Shown here in pieces: positions 11,130 to 21,729 of a stretch of 22,159 nt of DNA (the stretch's first letter is position 1; every line of letters begins with the position of its first letter). Source of the DNA: Ginkgo biloba. Its lineage: Eukaryota > Plantae > Ginkgophyta. Below the pieces are notes generated by a model that saw nothing but the letters and a program-made list of their open reading frames with translations, searched no databases and was not told the origin of the DNA. The DNA lies in contig JANKJI020000002.1 in assembly GCA_024626585.2 (NCBI GenBank), forward strand, positions 160,482,846 to 160,505,004, read 5' to 3'. The position numbers and the translations under genes are program-made.

Positions 11130-12200
11130 AAGTCCAATGACATCCTCCTGGATGTTGTACACCTCTTTTCTTGCCGTATGTGAGTATTGCGGGTCCTACC
11201 AAGGTTTGCAATAAGGCTTCTTGAGCTTTCACTAATCTTATCCTCACTCTAAATGCTTTTTCCAAGCAAGTCCTCTTTCCACCCACCTTTCTTGACCCTT
11301 TGCTCTTCTCCGGTATTAGCAGCTCCAGATCAGACAACTCTTAGATGATGTTGGTATTATGAGGTTCATTACTCTTGCAGATTGTGGGTATTTCTGTTGG
11401 TCAGCTCCCTCCTTACAGATTTTCCTCAGATGCTCCTCTATATCTCTTTCCTCCTAAAAAGGAGATCCAAGAGGCCATCCAAAATGANNNNNNNNNNNNN
11501 NNNNNNNNNNNNNNNNNNNNNNCGCCCCAGTCCCAAGTTGGCATTTTTGTTATAGCATTTTCTTCACCTCTAGTGACATCGTTCTCTCTCTAGATTATCT
11601 TCATTGACACCGGAAACATGGACTCAGATTCTCTTTGGTGAAGCTCCATGTAAGTTCACACCATATTCAAGTGGATGCTCGACATCATATTCCTAGTGAT
11701 CAATGAATTTGCATGCATTGTTCTTTGGAGGTTGACAGAAAAGACCATTTCATTTTTCAATGCGCAGTCTATTATGAGATCAAACATAGATATTATTGCA
11801 TTTTCAGAGTTTTATAGGATCACTTTCCACCTTCTTCGGGTATGAGGATCAAAGATGCTTGGCCCTATTCATTAGGGAGTTATTCCTTGACAAGCGCCAT
11901 TTATTGAGTAGGCCAAGGTCAGACAGACTCATTACATCCTCCTTTTAGATTGCTATAGGATATACAGGCCAAATGCATCCCTCAACCTAGATGCTCACAA
12001 TGTCTCTTCTGGTCCATCAAACATTGTCCATCATCTGGAAGTACCTGACCCAGGATGCAACCTTCCATCTCTTCACAAAGGGGTATGAGATCTTCACAGC
12101 ATAGAGTCTCTGGAAAAGGCCGCATCAGTCACTTCTTTGCTCCTATGAGGGGGACTTGTCTTCTAAATGGGGGTTCTACACATGGAAACCACAATTAGCA
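11130..12200 (-). mobile_element. Degenerate L1-type LINE ORF1 (DUF4283-like region and C-terminal tail)
   Basis: Fragments across frameshifts: CEDLIPLCEEMEGCILGQV, KEDVMSL..LG/PYSING (cf. 'EDRDRVL..GPW'), EHPLEYG (cf. 'QPL.YE'), and a basic C-terminal tail SRKVGGKRTCLEK..LQTLV..GVQHPGG. Heavily decayed. Confidence 0.45.
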
Positions 12201-13491
12201 NNNNNNNNNNNNNNNNNNNNNNNNNNNNNNNNNNNNNNNNNNNNNNNNNNNNNNNNNNNNNNNNNNNNNNNNNNNNNNNNNNNNNNNNNNNNNNNNNNNN
12301 NNNNNNNNNNNNNNNNNNNNNNNNNNNNNNNNNNNNNNNNNNNNNNNNNNNNNNNNNNNNNNNNNNNNNNNNNNNNNNNNNNNNNNNNNNNNNNNNNNNN
12401 NNNNNNNNNNNNNNNNNNNNNNNNNNNNNNNNNNNNNNNNNNNNNNNNNNNNNNNNNNNNNNNNNNNNNNNNNNNNNNNNNNNNNNNNNNNNNNNNNNNN
12501 NNNNNNNNNNNNNNNNNNNNNNNNNNNNNNNNNNNNNNNNNNNNNNNNNNNNNNNNNNNNNNNNNNNNNNNNNNNNNNNNNNNNNNNNNNNNNNNNNNNN
12601 NNNNNNNNNNNNNNNNNNNNNNNNNNNNNNNNNNNNNNNNNNNNNNNNNNNNNNNNNNNNNNNNNNNNNNNNNNNNNNNNNNNNNNNNNNNNNNNNNNNN
12701 NNNNNNNNNNNNNNNNNNNNNNNNNNNNNNNNNNNNNNNNNNNNNNNNNNNNNNNNNNNNNNNNNNNNNNNNNNNNNNNNNNNNNNNNNNNNNNNNNNNN
12801 NNNNNNNNNNNNNNNNNNNNNNNNNNNNNNNNNNNNNNNNNNNNNNNNNNNNNNNNNNNNNNNNNNNNNNNNNNNNNNNNNNNNNNNNNNNNNNNNNNNN
12901 NNNNNNNNNNNTTCATGAAAACAAGTTCTGAAAACCTATTGTTATTATGTTGTTCTAGAGATTTGAAATGTTCCCTGTAACTATAGAATGCTAGTGATAA
13001 ATTTTGATCATGTAAGGTAATCTGTCCACTAGGTTAAAATGAGTGGAATCATCAAGATCTGGCGATTAGGTAGCGTTTGACACAAGAACAGGTCATCTTG
13101 GACAAATCACTGGATTTAAAATAAGGGGAATCCCTGTGTTATGGTTATGATGTGAGTAAACAGTGGATTTACTCATCAAGAGTTTAGAGAAAATGCAGTT
13201 ATATTGATTCAAACATATCACTTTTCTTACCAGATTTCAAGCATGTCGTGGCTGGAATTTAAATGATTAGCCAAAAAACCATACAAAGTTTTTTCACCCA
13301 AAAAGACTTGAACCTTCGTACCAATGACTTCTATGAAGATATTAAAAATGACAAACTGAAAGGTACTTAATTATTCAATGTAGTTTTCTCATTTTTATGG
13401 CATTTTTTATGTACACATTTTATGTATTTTGTCTTCACAAGTATCGTTACTGCAACACATCTACAGTAGAATTGCTCTGCCACGAGAGCAC

Positions 13492-14720
13492 TCATTCTTG
13501 ATACGACTTCATTACCATTTTTGCTAATTTTGTGCCCTCAAGTTATTCTAACCAAACTGAGCCATTCTCGTACAGGTGTTGAATAATATATGGCCCAAGC
13601 CATGACATTCTTAATTTAATGGGCTTGTTGCAGAACTTCTTGTCATACAACAACAATGTATCGCCTTCATAGAAGCTTAAGGCCTTGAGTTGCCACTCAT
13701 TCCATGCCTTCTATTGCCTCATAGCAGCCTCCATTGTCTGCAAGAAGAGGGTGAATAGCTCTTTCAAGTATAGGACTTGTTGTAACCATTGGATGACTAA
13801 TTCCATTTCCCTAGCCAACACTCCACAACAACTTGCAAACTAGGTACTTTGAATTCAATTGAAACAATAGCTTCTAATCCATATACCAACTAAAATGGTG
13901 TTTCTCATGTGGCTCAATTTTTGTCATACAAAACACCCACAAAACAAAGAGGATCTTCTCTGCCTAGTCAGCATGACCGTCTTCATAGATTTTTGTAAGG
14001 GCAACTTCCAAAATCTTATCCGAACTCTCTAATTGGCCATTACACTACAAATAATATGGTGTTGATTTCTAATGAGTGATCGTAAATTCGCTCGCTAACT
14101 TCTTTACCACTTCAATGATAAAGCCACCTCCCAAATCACTAATTAATTGGAGCAGACAACCAAAGCCTATAATTATCACTTCATAGAGCAATCATGCAGT
14201 GGTTCTAGCATCTTGTTGGCACACAAGATGAGCTTCGCACCATTCATAACAAAATCAATGGCAACCAAAATGTGGTGAGCATGTGTTTGTCAAGCAAGAG
14301 GACTCACGGGTCCACAAAAGCTATTTCCAAATGCTCGAATGGGATAACGGACAGATTGGGTGAAGTAGCAAATGCATTTGTCAGTTGGGTTTCCCCATTC
14401 TTTAGCATACATCACACTTCTCAACCCACTAGTTCACATCTTCAAACAACAAAGGCCACCATAATCTTGAGTGTAAGATCTTCCATGTTGTTACATCGCT
14501 GGCAACATGCCTCCAACAAGCCCTTCAAGGGCTTGTCTTACAACTTCTGAGACCTTATATGGTACAACACATCATCATAAAACCCCAAGCAAGATAAAGC
14601 ACAACTAATGAGTTGATAAGGCAATGCCTTACAGGTAAGACTCTTCCTTTCTACTTTCTAGAGCCCTAGTGGCATCTTATGGATTAATAGGTATTATGTG
14701 ATATTGGCATACCACTCAAG
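13492..14720 (-). pseudogene. Gypsy integrase (Zn-finger region, DDE core, GPY/F module), pseudogenised
   Basis: EWYANIT*YL; PFEHLEIAFVDP; HILVAIDFV; YEVIIIGFGCLLQLISDLGGGF; TH*KSTPYYL*CNGQLESSDKIL; TPF*LVYGLEAIVSIEFKVPSL; KLRMSWLGPYII. No chromodomain follows. Confidence 0.9.
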
Positions 14721-14789
14721 AATAGTCTTTACTCTGAAGAGGCTGGCATTAGGAAAATCATTGACGATATTGGTCGTTGTTTTGCATGT

Positions 14790-15188
14790 CTCAAAGCATG
14801 ATAGTTGGTCAAGAACCACATGTACTTCATCTGTTTCCACAATACTATTGAATTTGAACCTTTGGAATAGAAACATCCAACAACTCACTCATCCTTGTAA
14901 TAATGGTTTGTCTAACAAGTACATCAATGCTTGGTGGTCCACATTAAAATGGAATAGATTCAACAACAAATAATGATGAAATTTTTGTATTACATAGACC
15001 CATTCCAAGTCCTTCCCTCTNNNNNNNNNNNNNNNNNNNNNNNNNNNNNNNNNNNNNNNNNNNNNNNNNNNNNNNNNNNNNNNNNNNNNNNNNNNNNNNN
15101 NNNNNNNNNNNNNNNNNNNNNNNNNNGGCATTCACGTGGAGGTGAAACATTTTGTTCAATCGGGGAAGCGTAGGATTGGTGCATGGAC
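14790..15188 (-). pseudogene. Gypsy RT connection / RNase H domain, pseudogenised
   Basis: VHAPILRFPD(W)NKMFHLHVNA..[gap]..REGLG(M)VYVIQKFHHYLLLNLFHFNVDHQALMYLLDKPLLQG*VSCWMFLFQRFKF..HVVLDQLS (cf. 'EREALAMVYAVKKFRHYLL...F...DHQAL.YL..K....GRIARW.L.LQEF'). Confidence 0.9.
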
Positions 15189-15348
15189 AACCAATATGTT
15201 GTCAATCTTTGACTTGAACTCTTTTAGATTTAAACAATACAGTCTTTGTTGTACTAGTTTCACACCTTCTAAGAGCTCCATTCAATGTTGGCCAATCTCG
15301 AGGGGCATACCCTTCAAATCTTTCTATGACCATGCAAACGCATCGTGG
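15189..15348 (-). pseudogene. Gypsy reverse transcriptase N-terminal leader only
   Basis: HDAFAWS*KDLKGMPLEIGQH*MELLEGVKLVQQRLYCLNLKEFKSKIDNILV (cf. Tat-type 'DVFAWSYKDLKGIPPEI.QHRI.L....KPV.QR.YR.NP....VK.EIDKLL'). Confidence 0.85.
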
Positions 15349-16659
15349 NNNNNNNNNNNNNNNNNNNNNNNNNNNNNNNNNNNNNNNNNNNNNNNNNNNN
15401 NNNNNNNNNNNNNNNNNNNNNNNNNNNNNNNNNNNNNNNNNNNNNNNNNNNNNNNNNNNNNNNNNNNNNNNNNNNNNNNNNNNNNNNNNNNNNNNNNNNN
15501 NNNNNNNNNNNNNNNNNNNNNNNNNNNNNNNNNNNNNNNNNNNNNNNNNNNNNNNNNNNNNNNNNNNNNNNNNNNNNNNNNNNNNNNNNNNNNNNNNNNN
15601 NNNNNNNNNNNNNNNNNNNNNNNNNNNNNNNNNNNNNNNNNNNNNNNNNNNNNNNNNNNNNNNNNNNNNNNNNNNNNNNNNNNNNNNNNNNNNNNNNNNN
15701 NNNNNNNNNNNNNNNNNNNNNNNNNNNNNNNNNNNNNNNNNNNNNNNNNNNNNNNNNNNNNNNNNNNNNNNNNNNNNNNNNNNNNNNNNNNNNNNNNNNN
15801 NNNNNNNNNNNNNNNNNNNNNNNNNNNNNNNNNNNNNNNNNNNNNNNNNNNNNNNNNNNNNNNNNNNNNNNNNNNNNNNNNNNNNNNNNNNNNNNNNNNN
15901 NNNNNNNNNNNNNNNNNNNNNNNNNNNNNNNNNNNNNNNNNNNNNNNNNNNNNNNNNNNNNNNNNNNNNNNNNNNNNNNNNNNNNNNNNNNNNNNNNNNN
16001 NNNNNNNNNNNNNNNNNNNNNNNNNNNNNNNNNNNNNNNNNNNNNNNNNNNNNNNNNNNNNNNNNNNNNNNNNNNNNNNNNNNNNNNNNNNNNNNNNNNN
16101 NNNNNNNNNNNNNNNNNNNNNNNNNNNNNNNNNNNNNNNNNNNNNNNNNNNNNNNNNNNNNNNNNNNNNNNNNNNNNNNNNNNNNNNNNNNNNNNNNNNN
16201 NNNNNNNNNNNNNNNNNNNNNNNNNNNNNNNNNNNNNNNNNNNNNNNNNNNNNNNNNNNNNNNNNNNNNNNNNNNNNNNNNNNNNNNNNNNNNNNNNNNN
16301 NNNNNNNNNNNNNNNNNNNNNNNNNNNNATACAATAGCAGAAATATTGATTAAGCTTGTAGACTCCTGTAATCTGTTAACCATTATAGATACAAAATTTC
16401 CTCCATTAGAGCTATTATCTATGATTCTATGCATATTTTCCTTGGATGTTTGGCTCATGGGTCTCATCCTCTGTAATGTTGTTCGATTCATTGATGTAGT
16501 GGTAAGCTAAATTTGAGTATGTGCTAGTTGTGGGCTTTGAAGATATTGTGGTGCTAAAAGCCTCATCCATGATTTTAGTGATGGTTGGGTCGGTTATAGT
16601 CATGGGTAACTCCATTAGCTTACCATCTTATGGCAATGTGAAAGCATTGCACTTTCGTG

Positions 16660-16965
16660 TCATGCAACCAGTCTTGACCTAAACAAACGAGGATATGATA
16701 TGCCCTCAATGGGCATCTTTGATACCACAAACACTTTGAGGACGACTACACAAGCGACTATGATAGCGATATTCTCTACCATTCCCAATGGCCTCAATGG
16801 AGATTGGTTAGCCATTGTTAATATATAGTTGGTGGTTATCATTTTGGGACATTCAATGGCCTTCCAAGTGCTCTCTAAGAGTACATTAACTATCAAGCCA
16901 TCGTCAACAATCGCTTTATCCATTATATACCCCAATAGTTACATCCATACATGGATCTTGGTCCA
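16660..16965 (-). pseudogene. Gypsy aspartic protease, degenerate
   Basis: DPCMDVTIG/GYIMDKAIVDDGLIVNVLLESTWKAI..LTMANQSPLRPLGMVENIAIIV..SYPRLFRSRL (cf. 'AIVDGGSGVNVM..L.MADQ....P.G....V..YPLLLGRPWL'). Confidence 0.8.
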
Positions 16966-17059
16966 ATTTTGGGTTCACTAGGCATACTGGTAATGTGATT
17001 GGGTTTTTTACAACGCGGGTCATTTGTTAGAGTGATGCAAATTCCCAACATTGAAATAT

Positions 17060-17715
17060 GGTTAATAATAAACCACTCAAGTTTAGATCATCAAAGAATT
17101 GGTTAAGAACTTTTAACTTGTGTGTGTTGGATAACGCCTCAAAGCATATTGAGCTCCATAAGGGTTGTGGTGATAATTTTAGGGATCAAAGCTGGCATAT
17201 CTTAAGCAAGTCTGGCCGGAATTGTTTCTTCTATAGATGTTTCCTTATGAGGATTCTTGCAAACATATGTCTTCGTAGTCTTTTTCCTACTACAAATGTG
17301 TTTGATTTCTCGCTGAGCTTTTCCTGCTTGAAGCTTCTTTGTTTGCTCTATTATTTATTTTTTCTTCAAGCTATTCAATGGCATCATTCTCAACAAATTC
17401 TAGATCTTCCTTGGCCAATAAAAAACAATCCTTCTCCCTTTGGGGATTTGGGAATTCTATCTCAGTTATGGCATAGGTTGTTTTTGCCTTCTTGCCACTT
17501 CTCATGTAGACATTTAAATTGTGTGATTCTATGGTTGTCTGCTCTATATTCAAAGTATTACTAACAAAATTGCCAACTTTGTTTTGTTTTGGGTAGTTCT
17601 CAAAAGCACGGTCAACTCGCCATAGACGGTTTCGCCATGCCATTGTCAAATCTCTCTTAATGCTTTAATGATGGAGGTCGAATCCCATAAGGTTTTGAAT
17701 TGATCCAAAAAAAAT
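17060..17715 (-). pseudogene. Gag C-terminal region remnant
   Basis: NLNVYMRSGKK (cf. OTA gag 'VNA.T.RSGK') and FPNPQREKDCFLLAKEDLE, directly upstream of the protease. Confidence 0.55.
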
Positions 17716-17815
17716 NNNNNNNNNNNNNNNNNNNNNNNNNNNNNNNNNNNNNNNNNNNNNNNNNNNNNNNNNNNNNNNNNNNNNNNNNNNNNNNNNNNNN
17801 NNNNNNNNNNNNNNN

Positions 17816-18135
17816 ATGTTGACAAGGAATAGAGAGGAATAATCAATTATGATGACGCTCAATGGTGATCCTTGATTGCAAGAATAACATATGTATGTTG
17901 ACCACCATCGTGTATAGCCTAGGCTAGTCCACCATGGTGTTCTCTAAATGAAGGAGGGATTGTTATATATGAAAAAAGTACCACCTTCTAATAGTTGCAA
18001 TTAGTTACACATGTTGGCAACTAGGCAACTACCTAGGACAAGTCCTATAATGGTGCAAGTCCTACGCTTGTGCAAATCTTAAGCAATTACATAATTACAT
18101 GAAATGACTACTAATATCTTGCCACTCTAATAACA
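17816..18135 (+). mobile_element. 3' end of a second, nested short-LTR retroelement (Copia- or TRIM-like): PPT plus 175-bp LTR
   Basis: Polypurine tract GAAGGAGGGA(T) at 17950-17960 sits immediately before TGTTAT (17961). The segment ends in ATAACA (18135), a 6-bp TG..CA terminal inverted repeat. It is opposite in orientation to the host Gypsy and its 5' part is lost in the gap. Confidence 0.6.
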
Positions 18136-18139
18136 AGAG

Positions 18140-18550
18140 GCGAGTGTTATGCTCAGCGTCAAGAAGAGTTGGGCACAATGGCAAGTGATATAGTAAGTAC
18201 AATTGCCATGTTATTCTCCACAGGCAAGGTTGATGCCAAAATCAATGTCAAAGCGAGTGTTGAAACTGATACTGCTATTGATGCCAATATTGATACTAGT
18301 ACTAGAATTAATACTACTACTGATACCATGAGATTCCTAGAAACCATAGTGTTTGGTCTAGGAAGGCTAGGGATTTTAATATCAGGAATGGTAGTGATCA
18401 TGGAGTCAGTCTGACAGTTGCATGATATTTAAATCCTAGATAACCAAGTGTCTAGGGGTAGAATCTAGAAGAGTACAATTCGAATAGACACCCCCAATAT
18501 AATATTGGTTTCTAGGGAGAACTGAAAGCCTTTAGACTTAGTGACTAGAG
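18140..18550 (-). pseudogene. Gag N-terminal low-complexity (ancestrally Pro-rich) region
   Basis: Begins LVTKSKG (cf. gag start 'MVTRSK') and continues as an alternating x-(S/L) repeat whose TCA/CTA/TTG codons are consistent with C>T-eroded CCA/CCG Pro codons. Confidence 0.4.
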
Positions 18551-20065
18551 AAGAGAGGTATGGGGGAACTAAATTGTGGGAGTGGAAAGCATACTCGAAG
18601 CTAGGTTAGAAGAAAAGGATAAGGATAACCCCCAAGGTGCAAGAAGCGGGGTAATCAACATCGATCAGGTGCTCAACATGGAAGAGGGTGCTTCTTCACC
18701 ACTGTAGGGGTGGACAGAATAAAAGATACTTCAAGAGAACTCATAGGTAAAACATGAGGAGACTCACTAAAGGAGTTAGTGAGAGATGGACTCATAACAG
18801 GCATGGGCTCCTTTGCTTCCAACTAAGTCTTGGTTGCCCCGCTCTCCCTGTGAACTATTGTTGCCAATTGTAGAATTTGCTCCCTCTATACTCATTTCGT
18901 CTTGAGCTTCTCTTCCCATTGTCCATTAGGCTTGTGATGCAACCATTTTCACTTCTACCTATACTTGATGTTGTTGTAATTGTGTCTTTGACTGTTGTAC
19001 CTCTTCTTCCATTACTCCCAATTGCTCCTTCTAGGCCTATCCTAAAAGATAAAGATCTATCCAATTGCTTTCCACCCATGCCAACATAAGTACCACAAGT
19101 TGAATTTGTGCATCAAGAGATCAAATTTTATGAATCCTTTTCTTTTTATGGCCCTTCTCCTTCTATGCTTCCCAACTCTATGGATCCAACATACCTCCTT
19201 TTCCAAAAATTGTGTTCTTGTCTTCCATCAATCACCAAGTCCTATCAACCCGCAAGCCCTACAAGTTACTTCACAACTTGTTGCAATTCAAATTATGGTG
19301 TCCTCCAATCCCTTAGATGTGTCCTATTGCTTTTGCATTTTTGTTTCTTCTTCTGTTGGCCTAGGTGATTGAAGTTCCTCCTCTATCTGCTACTCTGTGC
19401 TCATATCTCCCATCCCCTCCTCTCTCAAGGGTGAGGGGACTGGGTAAGGTTACATATCCACGTCTTCCCTCGATAGTTCCCCCAACAAAGCATCTAGTTC
19501 CAGATGGGCCTCTAAGACCCCCTCCCTCTCCCCAAGATGAGTGTATGCCCTTACCAATTGGGCCCTCCATAGTGGATATCTTGAGATGGAACAAATGCAT
19601 ATGTAGGATATGAAACTAAAGGTATGTCTCCCACTCGAATTTCTAAAAATTAGGGAGGGAAATTACTTGCACTAGCACCAGTTTCCTTGGTTTCTTGTGT
19701 GCCTGATTCCTCTTGCCCCTATATCAAGAGGCATTACCCATCTTCTTGAGTTTAACTCCTCAGTTTGTATAAATAAATAGGATGGTGACAACTCTTCATA
19801 TTCCACCATTTACCAATGTAACAACCCACCATCCAATAAGGCATCATCTTCAAAACAAGGATCTAGCATTCGCACACCATCTTCAACAGGCTCTGGTACC
19901 TCATCTCCATTGTCATGCTTTGAATGTCCTATGTCCATATTGGGATCTAAATTGGATGAGGTGACTTCCTCACTGATTGTATTATGAATTAGATCAACGC
20001 AAATTTCCTACCGTCCATCTTTGTGGCTAAAGTATTTCTCCCCCAAGGCTATATAGCACAAGCAT

Positions 20066-20084
20066 CTCTCAGCCAGAGTTGCCA
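20066..20084 (-). promoter_or_regulatory. Primer binding site, tRNA-Arg(ACG)-like
   Basis: The minus strand reads TGGCAACTCTGGCTGAGAG 5 nt after the LTR end (...GCTACA). It resembles TGGCGACTC(T/C)(G/A)CTGGGGA, the complement of the plant tRNA-Arg(ACG) 3' end. The differences are G>A changes plus one extra base. Confidence 0.7.
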
Positions 20085-20089
20085 AGCAT

Positions 20090-21552
20090 TGTAGCATACG
20101 CAACTACCCTACCCAATGGGTGCCAATAGCCACTTGAGTGAGAGGGACCAACCAACTCCAAAAAGGATGTGGGTTGATGAATTNNNNNNNNNNNNNNNNN
20201 NNNNNNNNNNNNNNNNNNNNNNNNNNNNNNNNNNNNNNNNNNNNNNNNNNNNNNNNNNNNNNNNNNNNNNNNNNNNNNNNNNNGTTCTTTTCATTGCTCT
20301 TTATCTAAAATAATGTCCATTTCACTTGAAATGCAAGTAAATAATTAAAATGATTTGTATCTCAGTGGGAAAGTCAAAATTTCCCAATGTAATTAACTAT
20401 AGATTATTGAATAAATTTATTTATTAAAATAATAAAGAAATTACTATGTCTAAAATTGCATGTAATCCTATCAACTTAAATCTAAAAAGTTCAAGAGTAA
20501 AAGAAATTGGAAACACACAAATTCTTACACAGATGCACAAGTTTTTAGTTGGAGAAACCCTCTTAGGGAACAAAAATCCAAAATGGTATTAAATTTATTC
20601 TTTCAATAAGAATTACATCCAATATGCCTATGCCTCTATTTATGAGATGAAACTCATAGATATTTGCATAGTAAGAGCATGTTCCACGGTTGTGTGGAGA
20701 TTTTATGTCTTCCAAAAAAGACTCTCTCACACTCTCTATCTCACATACAAACTCTATCTCCCTTATTGTTTACAAAAATGTACCAACATACTCCTCTAAA
20801 TTATTATGCTTCTCTCTATCCTTTTTCTATTTTATTTAGACTTCTAATCCTATCTTTTAATTCAATACCTCTATCCATTTGATTTATTCCTTTTTATGCA
20901 TTACAACTTGAAGTATAATAGTCCAATGTTATGTTATGAAACTCAACCATTAAGGAAACTAAATTGATTTATTTATTTCTTGATATGGTACCTCACTCAA
21001 AAGCACATGTTTGGAATTTATCCATTTGGAGAATCACTTAGTGGAGTGTCACCATGTATCCTCTGTCCATTTTTGAACTTCAAAATATTGAAACTTCAAT
21101 TAACTTTAGTTTATTCCTTTTTTGGGATTGTGCCAATTCAAACTTTAGACTTATTTTAGAACTTGTAAAAAGGGGATGTCAGGAACCTTAACTTAAATCT
21201 TCTAAACCTCTAAAAATATGAATTGTTAAAACTTTTCTAAGTGTAAAGCACCACAAAAATTCCTCAAAGTGTTTGGTTTCCATAAATATGATAACTTAAA
21301 CTCTTAAAATTAAAATATAAAGGAAACAACCCATTCTATGAGGTTTGGTGATAAAGTTGGAAGCTTGTTACTACTAGTAAAGAAGTTGGATCTAGGCCCT
21401 AATTACAACATTTCAACCTCAAAAGAAAAAGTAAGGAAATTTTATCTACGATGCATAATGATAGGTAGTCACTATTTTAACCATAAATTTCAAAAAATAT
21501 ATCCCTTTTTCATCCTCCTAGGCTCATTTTGAAGCTAATAGAAAATGCTACA
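20090..21552 (-). repeat. 5' LTR of the Gypsy element (~1.46 kb including a 100-N gap)
   Basis: TGTAGCAT at 20090-20097 and ATGCTACA at 21545-21552 form a perfect 8-bp TG...CA terminal inverted repeat. The PBS abuts the 20090 end, and the interior is AT-rich and non-coding. Confidence 0.7.
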
Positions 21553-21604
21553 ACTTATATTCTTTGACCCAAGGCTAAATCTGTACCTATTTTGCCCAAT
21601 ATTG

Positions 21605-21722
21605 CCTGCAAGCTGACTGTGCAAAAAAAAATAGCTAGTTGATTGTCTATAAAATGACAATAAGTTGATTGTTCAAAAATGACAGCAAGTTGACTATTCA
21701 TAAATGACAACAAGTTGATTGC
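21605..21722 (+). repeat. ~25-bp tandem repeat, 4-5 copies, consensus ~AAAAATGACAGCAAGTTGATTGTTC
   Basis: ataaaatgacaataagttgattgttc / aaaaatgacagcaagttgactattc / ataaatgacaacaagttgattgc, plus degenerate upstream copies. Confidence 0.75.
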
Positions 21723-21729
21723 AAACAAG

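Larger units (their letters stand above)
13492..21552 (-). mobile_element. Decayed Ty3/Gypsy LTR retrotransposon, non-chromoviral OTA (Tat-like) lineage; 5' LTR-PBS-gag-PR-[gap]-RT(deleted core)-RH-INT; 3' LTR not visible
   Basis: Domain order PR-RT-RH-INT on the minus strand defines Gypsy. The LTR has 8-bp terminal inverted repeats and an adjacent tRNA-Arg-like PBS. Many stops fall at conserved W/Q/R codons. Continuity across the 17716-17815 gap is assumed. Confidence 0.8.

Noticed and set aside
12156-12980. Long ORFs in the ORF track (also 15136-16510 and 10376-10810)
   Set aside because: Artefacts of N runs translated as X.
18855-19964. Short ORFs on both strands between the PBS and gag (possible Ogre-like extra ORF)
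   Set aside because: All are <=90 aa, low complexity and show no recognisable domain. They fit a long 5' UTR or a decayed ORF and cannot be supported as genes.
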